Part shown: piece by piece, positions 49,700 to 59,902 of the stretch
Layout: each line of letters starts with the position of its first letter
Numbering within the stretch: position 1 is the stretch's first letter
DNA from: a bacterium
GTDB lineage: Bacteria; Desulfobacterota; Binatia; Binatales; Binataceae
Assembly: GCA_014896235.1 (NCBI GenBank)
Contig: JADBKU010000028.1
Location: forward strand, 83,706-147,705
DNA length: 64,000 nt
Direction: 5' to 3'
Program-made: the position numbers and the translations under genes
Notes under the pieces: model-generated
What the model saw: the letters and a program-made list of their open reading frames with translations, nothing else
Told to the model about the DNA's origin: nothing
Databases searched by the model: none

Positions 49700-51019
49700 C
49701 TAGGCGGAACGGGTGCGCCCGCCGGTTTTAAGCGTCGCCGCCAGCGCGTCGGCAAATTCTTCCGCCTCCGACGGCAGGAGCGCGGCGACCGTCACCCGAA
49801 TCGCCGGTGGAGTCGCGATTCGATAGCGTTCGCCAGGCGCGACGCCCCATCCGGCGCCGATCAGCGCCTGCGCCACAGCGCCCTCTTCCGCCACCGGAAT
49901 CCAGACGTTCATCCCCGACCGGCCCGTCGCGCCGATCCCGCGTCGCGCGAGTGCGTCAAGCAAAGCCGTCCGGCGTTCGGTGTACGCCCGCTCCGCGGCG
50001 CTTACGAGCTGCAACGTATCGGCGTCGCGCATCAATTCGGCGACCAGCCGCTGCAGAACCGTGCTGACCCATCCAGGGCCCAACCGCTGCCGCCCCGCGA
50101 CCCGGCCGATCGTGATCTCGTCGCCGGCCATCAGCGCCAGCCGCAGGTCCGGGCCGAGCGATTTCGAAACCGATCGCACTACGGCCCATCGTGGGCGCTC
50201 CGGACCGGCCAGAGACAGCGCGGGCGCGCCAGCGATCGGACCGGCGTGGTCGTCTTCAATCAGCAAAACATCGGGATAGCGGGCTAAAATGCGCCGCAAC
50301 TCGCCAGCGCGTTCCGCCTCGAGCGCCGCGCCGGTCGGATTCTGCGCCCGCGGCGTGATTACGATCGCGGCCGCGCCGCCGCGCAGCACCCGATCGAATT
50401 CGGCCGGAATCGGGCCATGCTCATCGACGCGCATCGGCCGGATGCGCAGCCCCAATGCGTGCGCGAGGTCGGCCACGTTGGGATAACCGGGGTCCTCCAT
50501 CGCGATTACGTCGCCCGGCCGAAGCCATGCCGCGAGCGCCCGCTCGACGCCGTCGCACGCCCCGCTGACCACCGCCAGATGCTCGGCCGGAATCCCGCAC
50601 GCCGCGAACATCGCGGTTGCGAGCGCGCCCAGTTGCTCGTCGATCTGCCTCTCGCCGTAGATTCGCCGTATCGGGCCAAGCCGCGCGATGCCGCGCGAAA
50701 TATCGGGTATGAACGCAGGGTCGGGATTGCCGAGCGCCAGATTGCGTACGCCCGCCGGAATCGCCACCGGCGCGCGCGTGGAAACAGGCGGCCGAGACAG
50801 CACCGACGTGCCCCGCCGGCCGGCGCCGGCGATCAAGCCGCGCACGCGCAGGTCCCGGAACGCCGCCGCGATCGTTGCCGGACTGAGACCGAGATTTTTC
50901 GCCAGAGTGCGCACGGTCGGCAATCGAGTTCCGGGCGCAACCTCGCCCGAAGCGATCGCGCGCTCCACGCTGGCGGAGACTTCGCTTGCGGTCCGTCCGC
51001 GGATCGAATAATGTTCCAT
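49700..51019 (-). CDS. MocR/GabR-family regulator (GntR-type HTH fused to fold-I aminotransferase domain)
   Basis: N-terminal wHTH (LPTVRTLAKNLGLSPATIAAAFRDL), then aminotransferase-like domain. The start codon is ambiguous (MEHYSIRG at 51019 or TTG at 51046). Confidence 0.6.
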   Translation of the reverse strand: MEHYSIRGRTASEVSASVERAIASGEVAPGTRLPTVRTLAKNLGLSPATIAAAFRDLRVRGLIAGAGRRGTSVLSRPPVSTRAPVAIPAGVRNLALGNPDPAFIPDISRGIARLGPIRRIYGERQIDEQLGALATAMFAACGIPAEHLAVVSGACDGVERALAAWLRPGDVIAMEDPGYPNVADLAHALGLRIRPMRVDEHGPIPAEFDRVLRGGAAAIVITPRAQNPTGAALEAERAGELRRILARYPDVLLIEDDHAGPIAGAPALSLAGPERPRWAVVRSVSKSLGPDLRLALMAGDEITIGRVAGRQRLGPGWVSTVLQRLVAELMRDADTLQLVSAAERAYTERRTALLDALARRGIGATGRSGMNVWIPVAEEGAVAQALIGAGWGVAPGERYRIATPPAIRVTVAALLPSEAEEFADALAATLKTGGRTRSA

Positions 51020-51048
51020 TACAGAATTAAGTTTGTACTGTAACAAAA

Positions 51049-51747
51049 ATGAATAACTCGAACAAGCCGACCGAACCCGTTTCCAGCCAATTTGTCCCGA
51101 CCGACCGCACCCGCGTCCGGCGCTATCCGGCGCGCGCCCGATACGAACGCGCGACCATCGAGGCGATTCTCGACGAAGGGATGGTCTGCCATGTCGGATT
51201 CGTCCACGACGGCCATCCTTTCGTGCTTCCCACGATGTACGTGCGTGACGGCGAACGTATCCTGATTCACGGCTCGCCGCTCAGCCGGATGCTGACCGGG
51301 GCGGCCGAAGGCCTCGCGCTCTGCGTCACCGTTACGCTGCTCGATGGCGTGGTGATGGCGCGCTCGGCGTTCCATCATTCGATGAACTACCGGTCGGTCG
51401 CGATCATTGGCCGGGCGCGGGAGGTGATCGAACCGACGGCCAAGCTGGCGGCGATGCGCGCGCTGGTCGAACGGTTGATTCCCGGCCGATGGGCTGACGT
51501 GCGCCAGCCAACGCCAGGAGAGATAGCGGGCACGCGAGTGCTCGAGATTCCGCTGCTCGAGGCGTCGGCGAAGGTGCGGACTGGCGGACCGGTCGAACTG
51601 GCCGAGGACGAATCGTTCCCGGTTTGGGCGGGCGTGGTGCCGCTCAGCCTGACGCCCGGCGAACCAATTTCCGACGCCAAGCTCGCGCCCGGCATCGAAG
51701 CGCCGGAATATGTGCGCCGCTGGCGCTGCGCCGGGCGCCGGCCGTGA
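51049..51747 (+). CDS. Pyridoxamine 5'-phosphate oxidase-like FMN-binding split-barrel protein
   Basis: RYPARARYERATIEAILDEGMVCHVGFVHDGHPFVLPTMYVRDGERILIHGS pattern typical of PNPOx-like proteins. Divergent from the MocR-type regulator. Confidence 0.6.
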   Translation: MNNSNKPTEPVSSQFVPTDRTRVRRYPARARYERATIEAILDEGMVCHVGFVHDGHPFVLPTMYVRDGERILIHGSPLSRMLTGAAEGLALCVTVTLLDGVVMARSAFHHSMNYRSVAIIGRAREVIEPTAKLAAMRALVERLIPGRWADVRQPTPGEIAGTRVLEIPLLEASAKVRTGGPVELAEDESFPVWAGVVPLSLTPGEPISDAKLAPGIEAPEYVRRWRCAGRRP

Positions 51748-51782
51748 AGCGGCGCCCGTGACCAGTCAACAAGCGAGCGGCT

Positions 51783-53747
51783 CTATTTCTTCACGACGAA
51801 TTCGCTCAAGTACGTATCCCAGTTGGCATCCGGAGCGCGCGTGTTGCCGCATAGCGGATCGGAACTGTAAATCGCCGGACTGCAGGCGTTGCCGATAAAT
51901 TCAGCGCCCATCCAGATTTGATTGCCGACCGCGGTCGCCGCCGTGTAGTCGCCCCATCGCCCGATATCGGCGCCGCCCGACAAATAATTCTGATAGCCGG
52001 TGAAACCGTCGTCCGGACCGGCGCCGGCGGCGGCGAAATTTATCCATGGCCGGCCCGTCCGGTAGAGTGGAACCCAGGCCGCGCTGGGATAGTAGTTGGC
52101 TCCGGACAGCGAGAACGCCATCACCGCGCGCCCGTCCGAAGTCACGCCGATCGAGGGGTAGTAAACGTCCGCGCCCGCCAGCGCGAGCAAAGTCGTACCG
52201 AAGGGCCGTGCGATAAATTTTTGCACCACGCCGTGGCGCGTCCGAAACCGGCGGAAATTCGGTATCACACGGAAAGTCCGGATTCCCGCATGCAGACGCC
52301 CGCGCACGATGACTGCTGTGGTCAATCCGGCGTATAGCTTGCCGCCTGCATAAACGACCTGCTGCATGCGATCGTCGCCGGTATCGATTTCTTCCAGCGG
52401 CGCGCCGACTGAATCGCCAAACGGAATCGGCCCGGATTTCTGCACCGCCGGCGGCGGATCGGAATAGGCCCCCATCCGAATGACCGGCGGCGGCGTGACC
52501 AGCTCCGGCATTCCAAGGCAGGGAGTCGTGGTGACGGACGGAATCGCGCAGGAATTGACGATCGCCCAAACCGCGATGCGCCGGTCGCCGGCGCCATCGA
52601 AATCGAGCGAACTCATCAGAAACTCAGTGCCGCCATTGTCCCTGTCGAAAACGCCGTCGGTCGCGACGGCGGGCTGGATCGAAAACGCCGTATTCCCGTC
52701 CAACGGAATCGCTGCCGGAAAAAAGGCGAAGTATGCGGTCGGCGCGCCGGCCACCAGATCGGCTTTGTTGATCGCGTAAATTTGCGCTCCATTACCGCTG
52801 GGATCCTTCGGATTGAGCGAAAATTCGTTGGTCGTCACATAAACGCCGTACTGGTCGGCCCCGAGCAGCGGCTGATCGCCAAAGCACGGACATCCCGGAT
52901 GAGGCACGCCGCCATTGCCGCCGTCGTCATTGGTCGCGATCGCGTACGAGTTGACCGCCAACGTTCGCGCGTTGATCGCCGCAATCAGCAAAGACGACGG
53001 TCCCGCTTGATTAGGACCGAGATCGGTCATCGAGACGAAAAAGGTATTGGTCGGCGAATCGTAGATGCACCTCGGATCGCTGATGAAATCGGTCGAGGGC
53101 ACGCCGAAAATCGCATAGAGCGGCGTGGATTGCATCACCGGCGTTCCGCTGGTGGTGTACATCGACATCACGATGTTCACGGCTTCGACCACCAGGCCGT
53201 TGCCCACGCACAACCCTTGATCGGGCGGCTCGACCGCATAGCGGAGCGCCGGCGAGTTGACGTCAAGGCCGTCGGCGATCGCGCTGTCGAGCGCGTCAAG
53301 CCCCGGAAAGCCGAACAGGACCGGCGCGGATTTTGGCGCGATTCTGCGGCTAAAGGCGCGCGGAACGAAGGAAAACAGCGGCGATGCCGCCGCTTCGCCG
53401 CTGATCTCCGAATTCGCCGGAAGAGTGATCATGCGGTTGTGGATCGGACGCGGCAGCGCGGCGATCAACCCCGCACGCGCCTGCGCCGCGTCCGGCGACA
53501 CCGGAGCGGCAAGTTGACCATTGGCCGCCGCAGCGGCGAGGTCTTTGAGCGACGCCGTACCGATGCGGTTGGCGGCCATCGGCGTCGCCGCCATCACATT
53601 CATATCCACCGCGACGGCGCCGGCGTCGTCAATCGCGGATGCGTCGCCGGCGATCGCGCGAAGCGCGAAACCACTGAGCAGCATCGCGACCGCAAGCAAG
53701 GCGGCCCCTACGCGTCGCGCAACGTTTCCACTTCCACAACCACGCAT
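51783..53747 (-). CDS. Hypothetical secreted protein (~654 aa), Gly/Asn/Asp-rich, no recognised domain
   Basis: Start at MRGCGSGNVARRVGAALLAVAMLLSGFALRA (signal peptide) with GGAG SD. The longer upstream extension is Arg-rich and unlikely to be coding. Confidence 0.5.
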   Translation of the reverse strand: MRGCGSGNVARRVGAALLAVAMLLSGFALRAIAGDASAIDDAGAVAVDMNVMAATPMAANRIGTASLKDLAAAAANGQLAAPVSPDAAQARAGLIAALPRPIHNRMITLPANSEISGEAAASPLFSFVPRAFSRRIAPKSAPVLFGFPGLDALDSAIADGLDVNSPALRYAVEPPDQGLCVGNGLVVEAVNIVMSMYTTSGTPVMQSTPLYAIFGVPSTDFISDPRCIYDSPTNTFFVSMTDLGPNQAGPSSLLIAAINARTLAVNSYAIATNDDGGNGGVPHPGCPCFGDQPLLGADQYGVYVTTNEFSLNPKDPSGNGAQIYAINKADLVAGAPTAYFAFFPAAIPLDGNTAFSIQPAVATDGVFDRDNGGTEFLMSSLDFDGAGDRRIAVWAIVNSCAIPSVTTTPCLGMPELVTPPPVIRMGAYSDPPPAVQKSGPIPFGDSVGAPLEEIDTGDDRMQQVVYAGGKLYAGLTTAVIVRGRLHAGIRTFRVIPNFRRFRTRHGVVQKFIARPFGTTLLALAGADVYYPSIGVTSDGRAVMAFSLSGANYYPSAAWVPLYRTGRPWINFAAAGAGPDDGFTGYQNYLSGGADIGRWGDYTAATAVGNQIWMGAEFIGNACSPAIYSSDPLCGNTRAPDANWDTYLSEFVVKK

Positions 53748-53800
53748 CACTCCACCCCTTACCCAACCTTCAGTGGAACTGAAAAATAGAATTTTTGCTT

Positions 53801-54886
<1,086 letters not shown>

Positions 54887-54997
54887 CGCGGCCCTCGCGC
54901 CGATTGCCTGGTGGATACGGGGCAGATTCTGCCATAAACGGCGGCGAATCGCGCTAGGGGGCGCGCGCATCGGTCGAGAAACCGCGCGAAAGCGCAA

Positions 54998-55600
54998 TCA
55001 GGACGCGAACGGAAAGCGCGCCAGTTCGACGTATTGGGGGCCGTTCGCGCCGCCGCGGCTCCGATAAAGGATCAGCGAATCGGCGATCGCCGCGCCGAAT
55101 TCGCGCGCCGCCGCTGACGCTATCGCGGCCCGCAGCGAAGACGCCGCGCGCCGGCCATCGCGGAGCCGGCCGATCGTGAGATGCGCGGTGAAGCCGCGCG
55201 GGTCCGGCGCAAATCCCGCACTTACCGCCGCCGCCTCGACCCGCGCCGCAAGCTCGGAAAGCGACGCGCCGGCAAGCCCGATCCAGAAAACGCGTGGCCG
55301 CGCCAAATTCGGAAACGCGCCGGCGCCGCGCCCCTCGATATGAAACGGCGCACACGCCGCCGCGATTTCCGCGAGTCCGGTCTTGAGCCGCGCGAGCCGG
55401 TCGCGGTCCGCGTCGTCACCGAGAAATCGGAGCGTCAGATGGAGCCGCGCCCGCCTCGTCCAGCGCATCGAGTCGGCGCCGGCGACTTGCTGAATCTCGC
55501 CGATCAAACGCGCCGCCGCATCGATGATTTCATCGCTCATCCCGAGCGCGACGAACGCGCGCACGCCGCCGCCCGGCGATTCCGTTTCCCCGCCGTTCAT
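54998..55600 (-). CDS. thpR: RNA 2',3'-cyclic phosphodiesterase (2H family, ThpR/LigT)
   Basis: Two HxT/Sx motifs (HLTLRFLG and HLTIGR). Size about 190 aa. The start may be the internal VRAFVAL. Confidence 0.65.
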   Translation of the reverse strand: MNGGETESPGGGVRAFVALGMSDEIIDAAARLIGEIQQVAGADSMRWTRRARLHLTLRFLGDDADRDRLARLKTGLAEIAAACAPFHIEGRGAGAFPNLARPRVFWIGLAGASLSELAARVEAAAVSAGFAPDPRGFTAHLTIGRLRDGRRAASSLRAAIASAAAREFGAAIADSLILYRSRGGANGPQYVELARFPFAS

Positions 55601-55639
55601 CCGCCCCCGCGCGCGCCTTGCGCAGCCCCGTATTTCCGA

Positions 55640-56254
55640 TCACGCGCGATGGAGCAGCGCGTGTTCGACCAGCGGCAACCGGTCGTTGCCGAAGAACATC
55701 TCGCCATCGACAAAGATCGTGGGCGAACCGAAACCGCCGCGCTCCATCACCTCGTCGGTATTGGCGCGGAGCTTGTCCTTGTATTCCTGCGTCGCGATTT
55801 TGGCGAAGTATTCGGCTTCGTCGAGTCCCGTTTCGCGCACGATCGCGCGCAGCACGTCGTCCTGGCTGATATCGAGATTGTCGCCCCAGTAGCGCTCGAA
55901 GACGCGGCGCGAGTATTCGGCGATTTTGCCGTGCTCGGCGGCGACGAACGCGCCGCGCATCGCCTTTACCGAATTGACCGGAAACACCTTGATTTCGGTG
56001 GGATCGAGAATTTTGAGGCCGTACAGATGCGCCCAGTCGCGCAGATCTTTTTTGGCATAGCGCGCCTTCGGTTTGACCGCGGCTTTGCGCGCTTCATAGA
56101 CGGAAGGATTCACGGCGTTGAACACGCCGCCGACCAGAATCGGCTTCCAGATCAAATCCGCGCCGTGGCGCGCCGCCACTTCCTCGATTCTGGAAAAGGC
56201 GAGATAGGTCCATGGACTCGAACAGTCATAGAAAAATTCCAGCTTGGCAGCCAT
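55640..56254 (-). CDS. 2-hydroxychromene-2-carboxylate isomerase / DsbA-like thioredoxin-fold protein
   Basis: MAAKLEFFYDCSSPWTYLAF N-terminus typical of HCCA isomerase-family DsbA-like proteins. GGGGAG SD. Confidence 0.6.
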   Translation of the reverse strand: MAAKLEFFYDCSSPWTYLAFSRIEEVAARHGADLIWKPILVGGVFNAVNPSVYEARKAAVKPKARYAKKDLRDWAHLYGLKILDPTEIKVFPVNSVKAMRGAFVAAEHGKIAEYSRRVFERYWGDNLDISQDDVLRAIVRETGLDEAEYFAKIATQEYKDKLRANTDEVMERGGFGSPTIFVDGEMFFGNDRLPLVEHALLHRA

Positions 56255-56464
56255 CGTGTACGCTCCCCGCGGGCGAATCGCCGCATCGGCGTGAAAATAG
56301 CACAGCCCGCGAATTGGCGGCCAAGCGCGCATGATGGACCTTCGGAGCAAGCCCCAGGGTGACGGAATTGAGACCGCTTTTCGGTCACGGCCGGGCCTGA
56401 CTCGGCCATCCCTCCGCACCGCCGTCCGGCGGCGCATTTTTCGTTGGCGCGGGCGCGCGAAAAC

Positions 56465-57484
56465 TTACGGCGTGGGCGCGCCGCTTGGCGGCGCCGGCAT
56501 CCCGGCGTATGGATTCGTCGTCGCGCGCGGACTCGGCCCGCCCGCGGCGGCGCTGACGCCAAGCGAGCCGAAAGGCGCGCCGGTGACGCTGACCAGGTCG
56601 GCGTAAACGTTGCCAAAAAAAACCGCGGCCGCGATACGGACGGGCAGATGGCGCGAATCGTCGGTAATCCAGATCGTGGTTTCGCGCGCGTCGGCGCGGA
56701 ACGAACCTTCGCTCAGCCAGATTACCGAAGGCTCGATCTTCACCGTGTCGAACGTGCCAAGCACAGTCGTAATACGCTCGCGGCCGACCACGTCGAAGCC
56801 GAAGACGTAACGGTTTCCGCCGCTGAAAATGTCGAATTTCAGATCGGTGCCGGGTTTGAGCGGTTGCGACAACGCCATCATCGCGCCGGAGAACGGCCCG
56901 AGCGGATCGCCGCCGGTGAAGCGCCGGACCGTCACCCGGCCGCGCCGATTGACCTTGGTCGCGGTGATGGTGCGGGCGGCGTAATCGAAGGCGACGCGCC
57001 AATGGTCGAGGCGATGATTTTCGTGTTGCGTGATCTGGATATTGTCCGGGCGGAGCGTGCCGGCCGCGAAATCCTCGCGGAAAAAATCGCGCATCCGGTA
57101 CACCACGTCCACGATCGGACTCGTATTCAGCCACATCATGCCGGACCATAAATCGGGATGGGCGGAGTTGCGCGCGATCGTGATCCGGGCGGCGCCCGCC
57201 GGGACGTTCATCCAGGCAGCCTCATAGACCAGCGTTTCGCCGCTGCGGAAAGGATTCGGCCCGGGCTGATAATCGGGAATGTCAAGATTGTCGGGCAACG
57301 CGATCGGTTTGGGCAGCGGCGGATGCGGCGGTTTGCCCGCGCCGACCGCGGAATTCCGCGCCGAAGCCGCGTCAGCCGGGCGCGCGTTCGGGCACGGCGG
57401 AGCGAGCATGAGCGCGATTGCGCCGATTAGCGGAAGAAAGATTCGCGCCGGGCGGATTTTCCAGATGGCTGAAATCGAATACAC
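56465..57484 (-). CDS. DUF3108-like secreted protein
   Basis: Signal peptide, Pro-rich linker, then a beta-rich domain resembling DUF3108. Confidence 0.4.
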   Translation of the reverse strand: MYSISAIWKIRPARIFLPLIGAIALMLAPPCPNARPADAASARNSAVGAGKPPHPPLPKPIALPDNLDIPDYQPGPNPFRSGETLVYEAAWMNVPAGAARITIARNSAHPDLWSGMMWLNTSPIVDVVYRMRDFFREDFAAGTLRPDNIQITQHENHRLDHWRVAFDYAARTITATKVNRRGRVTVRRFTGGDPLGPFSGAMMALSQPLKPGTDLKFDIFSGGNRYVFGFDVVGRERITTVLGTFDTVKIEPSVIWLSEGSFRADARETTIWITDDSRHLPVRIAAAVFFGNVYADLVSVTGAPFGSLGVSAAAGGPSPRATTNPYAGMPAPPSGAPTP

Positions 57485-57517
57485 TGCCTCAGTGGATTTT
57501 GCCGGAAGCCGGAGGGC

Positions 57518-58300
57518 ATGGGAATGTCGCTAGCCCGATCGCTGTTCGCCGCAGCCGTGCTGCTCGCGATTCTCGGCGCGCCGATTTGCGCGCGCGCCCA
57601 AACGCTCGGCGGCCTGCCCGGTCCCGCCAACCAGATGATGCCGCTGACGGCGCTGGAGCAGGCCGGTCCCGACACCGTGCGCAAGCACGCCAAAGACGCG
57701 GCCGACGCGATCCGCGACGCCAAACGCAAGTACAACGACGCCGACCCGCGCGTGCGCGTGCAGGGCCTGGAATCGTTGCGCTACGTTGACAGTCCCGAAG
57801 TGAACTCGATCCTTTTCCGCGGCCTTTCCGACCCCGACGTCCGCGTGCGCATCAAGGCGATCGACGTGCTCGGCGCGCGCGGCACGACCGACGCCGTGCC
57901 GCAGATGACGCAGGACCTCTATCTGCGCGATACGCCCGCGATCGAAAAACTGCACCTGGTGGCCGCGCTGGGAAGAATCGGCGATGCGCGCGGCGCGCTG
58001 CCGATCATCGATTTCCTCAAAAACACGGACGACAAAGACAGCCGCGGCACCGCCGTCTTCGCGCTCGGCGAAATCGGCAATCCCGTCGCCAACGACATCC
58101 TGATGCAGACCGTGAGCGGCGATCCCAGCCCGATGGTGCGCAAGCTCTCGCGCGAAGCGCTGGAAAAGATCGACGGCGAACTGCCCAGCCGCCGTTCCGA
58201 GGAGGAGCAGTTGGCGAAAGCAAAGCAGTTAGTGCCGACCGATCAGAAACTCTCCAAGCTGCGCCAGATGGACGAGCAAATTCACGCGCACGAATATTGA
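57518..58300 (+). CDS. HEAT/PBS-lyase repeat protein, secreted
   Basis: Signal peptide. At least four HEAT-like repeats (VRVRIKAIDVLGARG, LHLVAALGRIGD, GTAVFALGEIGN, MVRKLSREALEKI). Confidence 0.55.
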   Translation: MGMSLARSLFAAAVLLAILGAPICARAQTLGGLPGPANQMMPLTALEQAGPDTVRKHAKDAADAIRDAKRKYNDADPRVRVQGLESLRYVDSPEVNSILFRGLSDPDVRVRIKAIDVLGARGTTDAVPQMTQDLYLRDTPAIEKLHLVAALGRIGDARGALPIIDFLKNTDDKDSRGTAVFALGEIGNPVANDILMQTVSGDPSPMVRKLSREALEKIDGELPSRRSEEEQLAKAKQLVPTDQKLSKLRQMDEQIHAHEY

Positions 58301-58316
58301 TCGGCCGCGCCCATCG

Positions 58317-59612
58317 TCAGACCTGGATAATTCCGGCGGTGTTGCCGGTCATCGCGGGCCGGTTCGGAAAGACCTGCGCAAGCTGCTCGCCGCCGAGACC
58401 CAGATGAGCGCTCAAGATTCGGCAAATCGGTTCGCGGAAATCGGTGGTGACCGGCACGTCGCGATCCTGATAGAGCGCGGCCGGGCTGAGTCCGCGCCAA
58501 TCGGCGTAAACCCGGCCGCCGCGAATCGGCCCGCCCATCACCCACATCACGTTGCCGTGGCCATGGTCCGTGCCGGCGTTGCCGTTTTCATGCACGGTGC
58601 GGCCGAATTCCGAAATCACAAGAATGACGGTGTCGCCGTAGGCCGGTCCGAGCTGGCGCGCGAAATCCGCAAGGCCGTCGCCAAGCGGTTTCAGATGGTT
58701 CGCCAACTGGCCGCGATTCGCACCCTGATTGACGTGCGTATCCCATCCGCCGAGGGCCACGAAAGCGAGCCGAATCGTCGGGTCGCGCGCGATCAGCCGG
58801 GCGAGCCGTTCCGCGTCGCCGGAAAATCCGTTCGGCATCGGCGCGCCCGCGTTCGCTTCGTTCATGTCGGCCTGAAGTTCGGCGAGCAGCTTGCGGCGCG
58901 CCGCGCGCCCCTCCCGATAGGCGCGGCTCAGCGCGTCGCCGCCGTCGTAAAGCCGATCGAACGCGTCCTCGATGCGCGGATTGTCGAGCGGCATCGGCTG
59001 CGCCGCGCCCCGGCCCATCGGCAAATTCGCGACCGGCTCGCGTCCGGTCAGGATTCGCGGCACCAGCGGTCCCATGCTCAACGCCTCGGTCGAGTCGTGG
59101 CGTCCGGGCAGCGCCGCGAGCACCCGGTTCATCCAGCCGTCGGCGGTCGCGCGGTCGCCGGGCGTGCCGCTCTCCATGAAAAACTGCGCGTCGAAATGCG
59201 ATCGCGTCGGGTCGGGCGAGCCGCTCGCGTGGACGAAGGCCAGCGTGCCGTCCTTCCAGTACGGCATCATCGCGCCCAGATTCGGATTGAGGCCGAAATG
59301 GCCGTCCAGATTGATTGCGGCGCCTTCGCCAGAGCCGCGCGGAATCGCGATCGACGGCCGACGGTCATAGTATTGCGAATCGCCGCAGGGCACGACCACG
59401 TTCAGGCCGTCGACCGCGCCGCGCATGAACACCACCACCAGCCGCTTGCGGCTGCGATCATCGCCGAGCGCGCGCGCGGCCCACGCATGCGGCCCCATCA
59501 TCACCACGCCCGCGGCGGTGAGCGTTGCGGCGGCGCGGATGAAATCGCGCCGGCTGAGCGCGCGATCGCCCGCCGCGACCGGCGCTTCGCATCGATCGCA
59601 TCGCTTCGTCAT
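58317..59612 (-). CDS. DUF1501 domain protein (sulfatase-like fold) with Tat signal
   Basis: Tat motif SRRDFIRAAATLTAAG. DUF1501-like body. Confidence 0.65.
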   Translation of the reverse strand: MTKRCDRCEAPVAAGDRALSRRDFIRAAATLTAAGVVMMGPHAWAARALGDDRSRKRLVVVFMRGAVDGLNVVVPCGDSQYYDRRPSIAIPRGSGEGAAINLDGHFGLNPNLGAMMPYWKDGTLAFVHASGSPDPTRSHFDAQFFMESGTPGDRATADGWMNRVLAALPGRHDSTEALSMGPLVPRILTGREPVANLPMGRGAAQPMPLDNPRIEDAFDRLYDGGDALSRAYREGRAARRKLLAELQADMNEANAGAPMPNGFSGDAERLARLIARDPTIRLAFVALGGWDTHVNQGANRGQLANHLKPLGDGLADFARQLGPAYGDTVILVISEFGRTVHENGNAGTDHGHGNVMWVMGGPIRGGRVYADWRGLSPAALYQDRDVPVTTDFREPICRILSAHLGLGGEQLAQVFPNRPAMTGNTAGIIQV

Positions 59613-59890
59613 CGGCCCGTCTCCGCTTGGCGCAAGCCGGACGCGCGTCGGGATTTTTCCAGCGCCGCCAGCCGCGCAATCTCCGCCCGCACCTCCGCAA
59701 CCGTGGTCGCGGGCGCGAAACTCCAGGCGACAAATCCACGCGAATAAGAGCGGGCGCTGTTCGCCGCGAAATCGAAGGGACGGCGGATCGCCGCCAGCGG
59801 TTCCATCGCCGCGCCTGCGGCCGCGGCCGCGAGCGCGCCGGCCGCGCGAAGCGGCCGTCCAAAATCGGGAAGCTCAAACTTGATCGCCAT
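59609..59890 (-). CDS. Small hypothetical protein between the DUF1800 and DUF1501 genes
   Basis: 93-aa ORF. Its stop overlaps the DUF1501 ATG (ATGA). It starts 12 nt after the DUF1800 stop. Confidence 0.3.
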   Translation of the reverse strand: MAIKFELPDFGRPLRAAGALAAAAAGAAMEPLAAIRRPFDFAANSARSYSRGFVAWSFAPATTVAEVRAEIARLAALEKSRRASGLRQAETGR

Positions 59891-59902
59891 GCGCCTCGCG
59901 CC

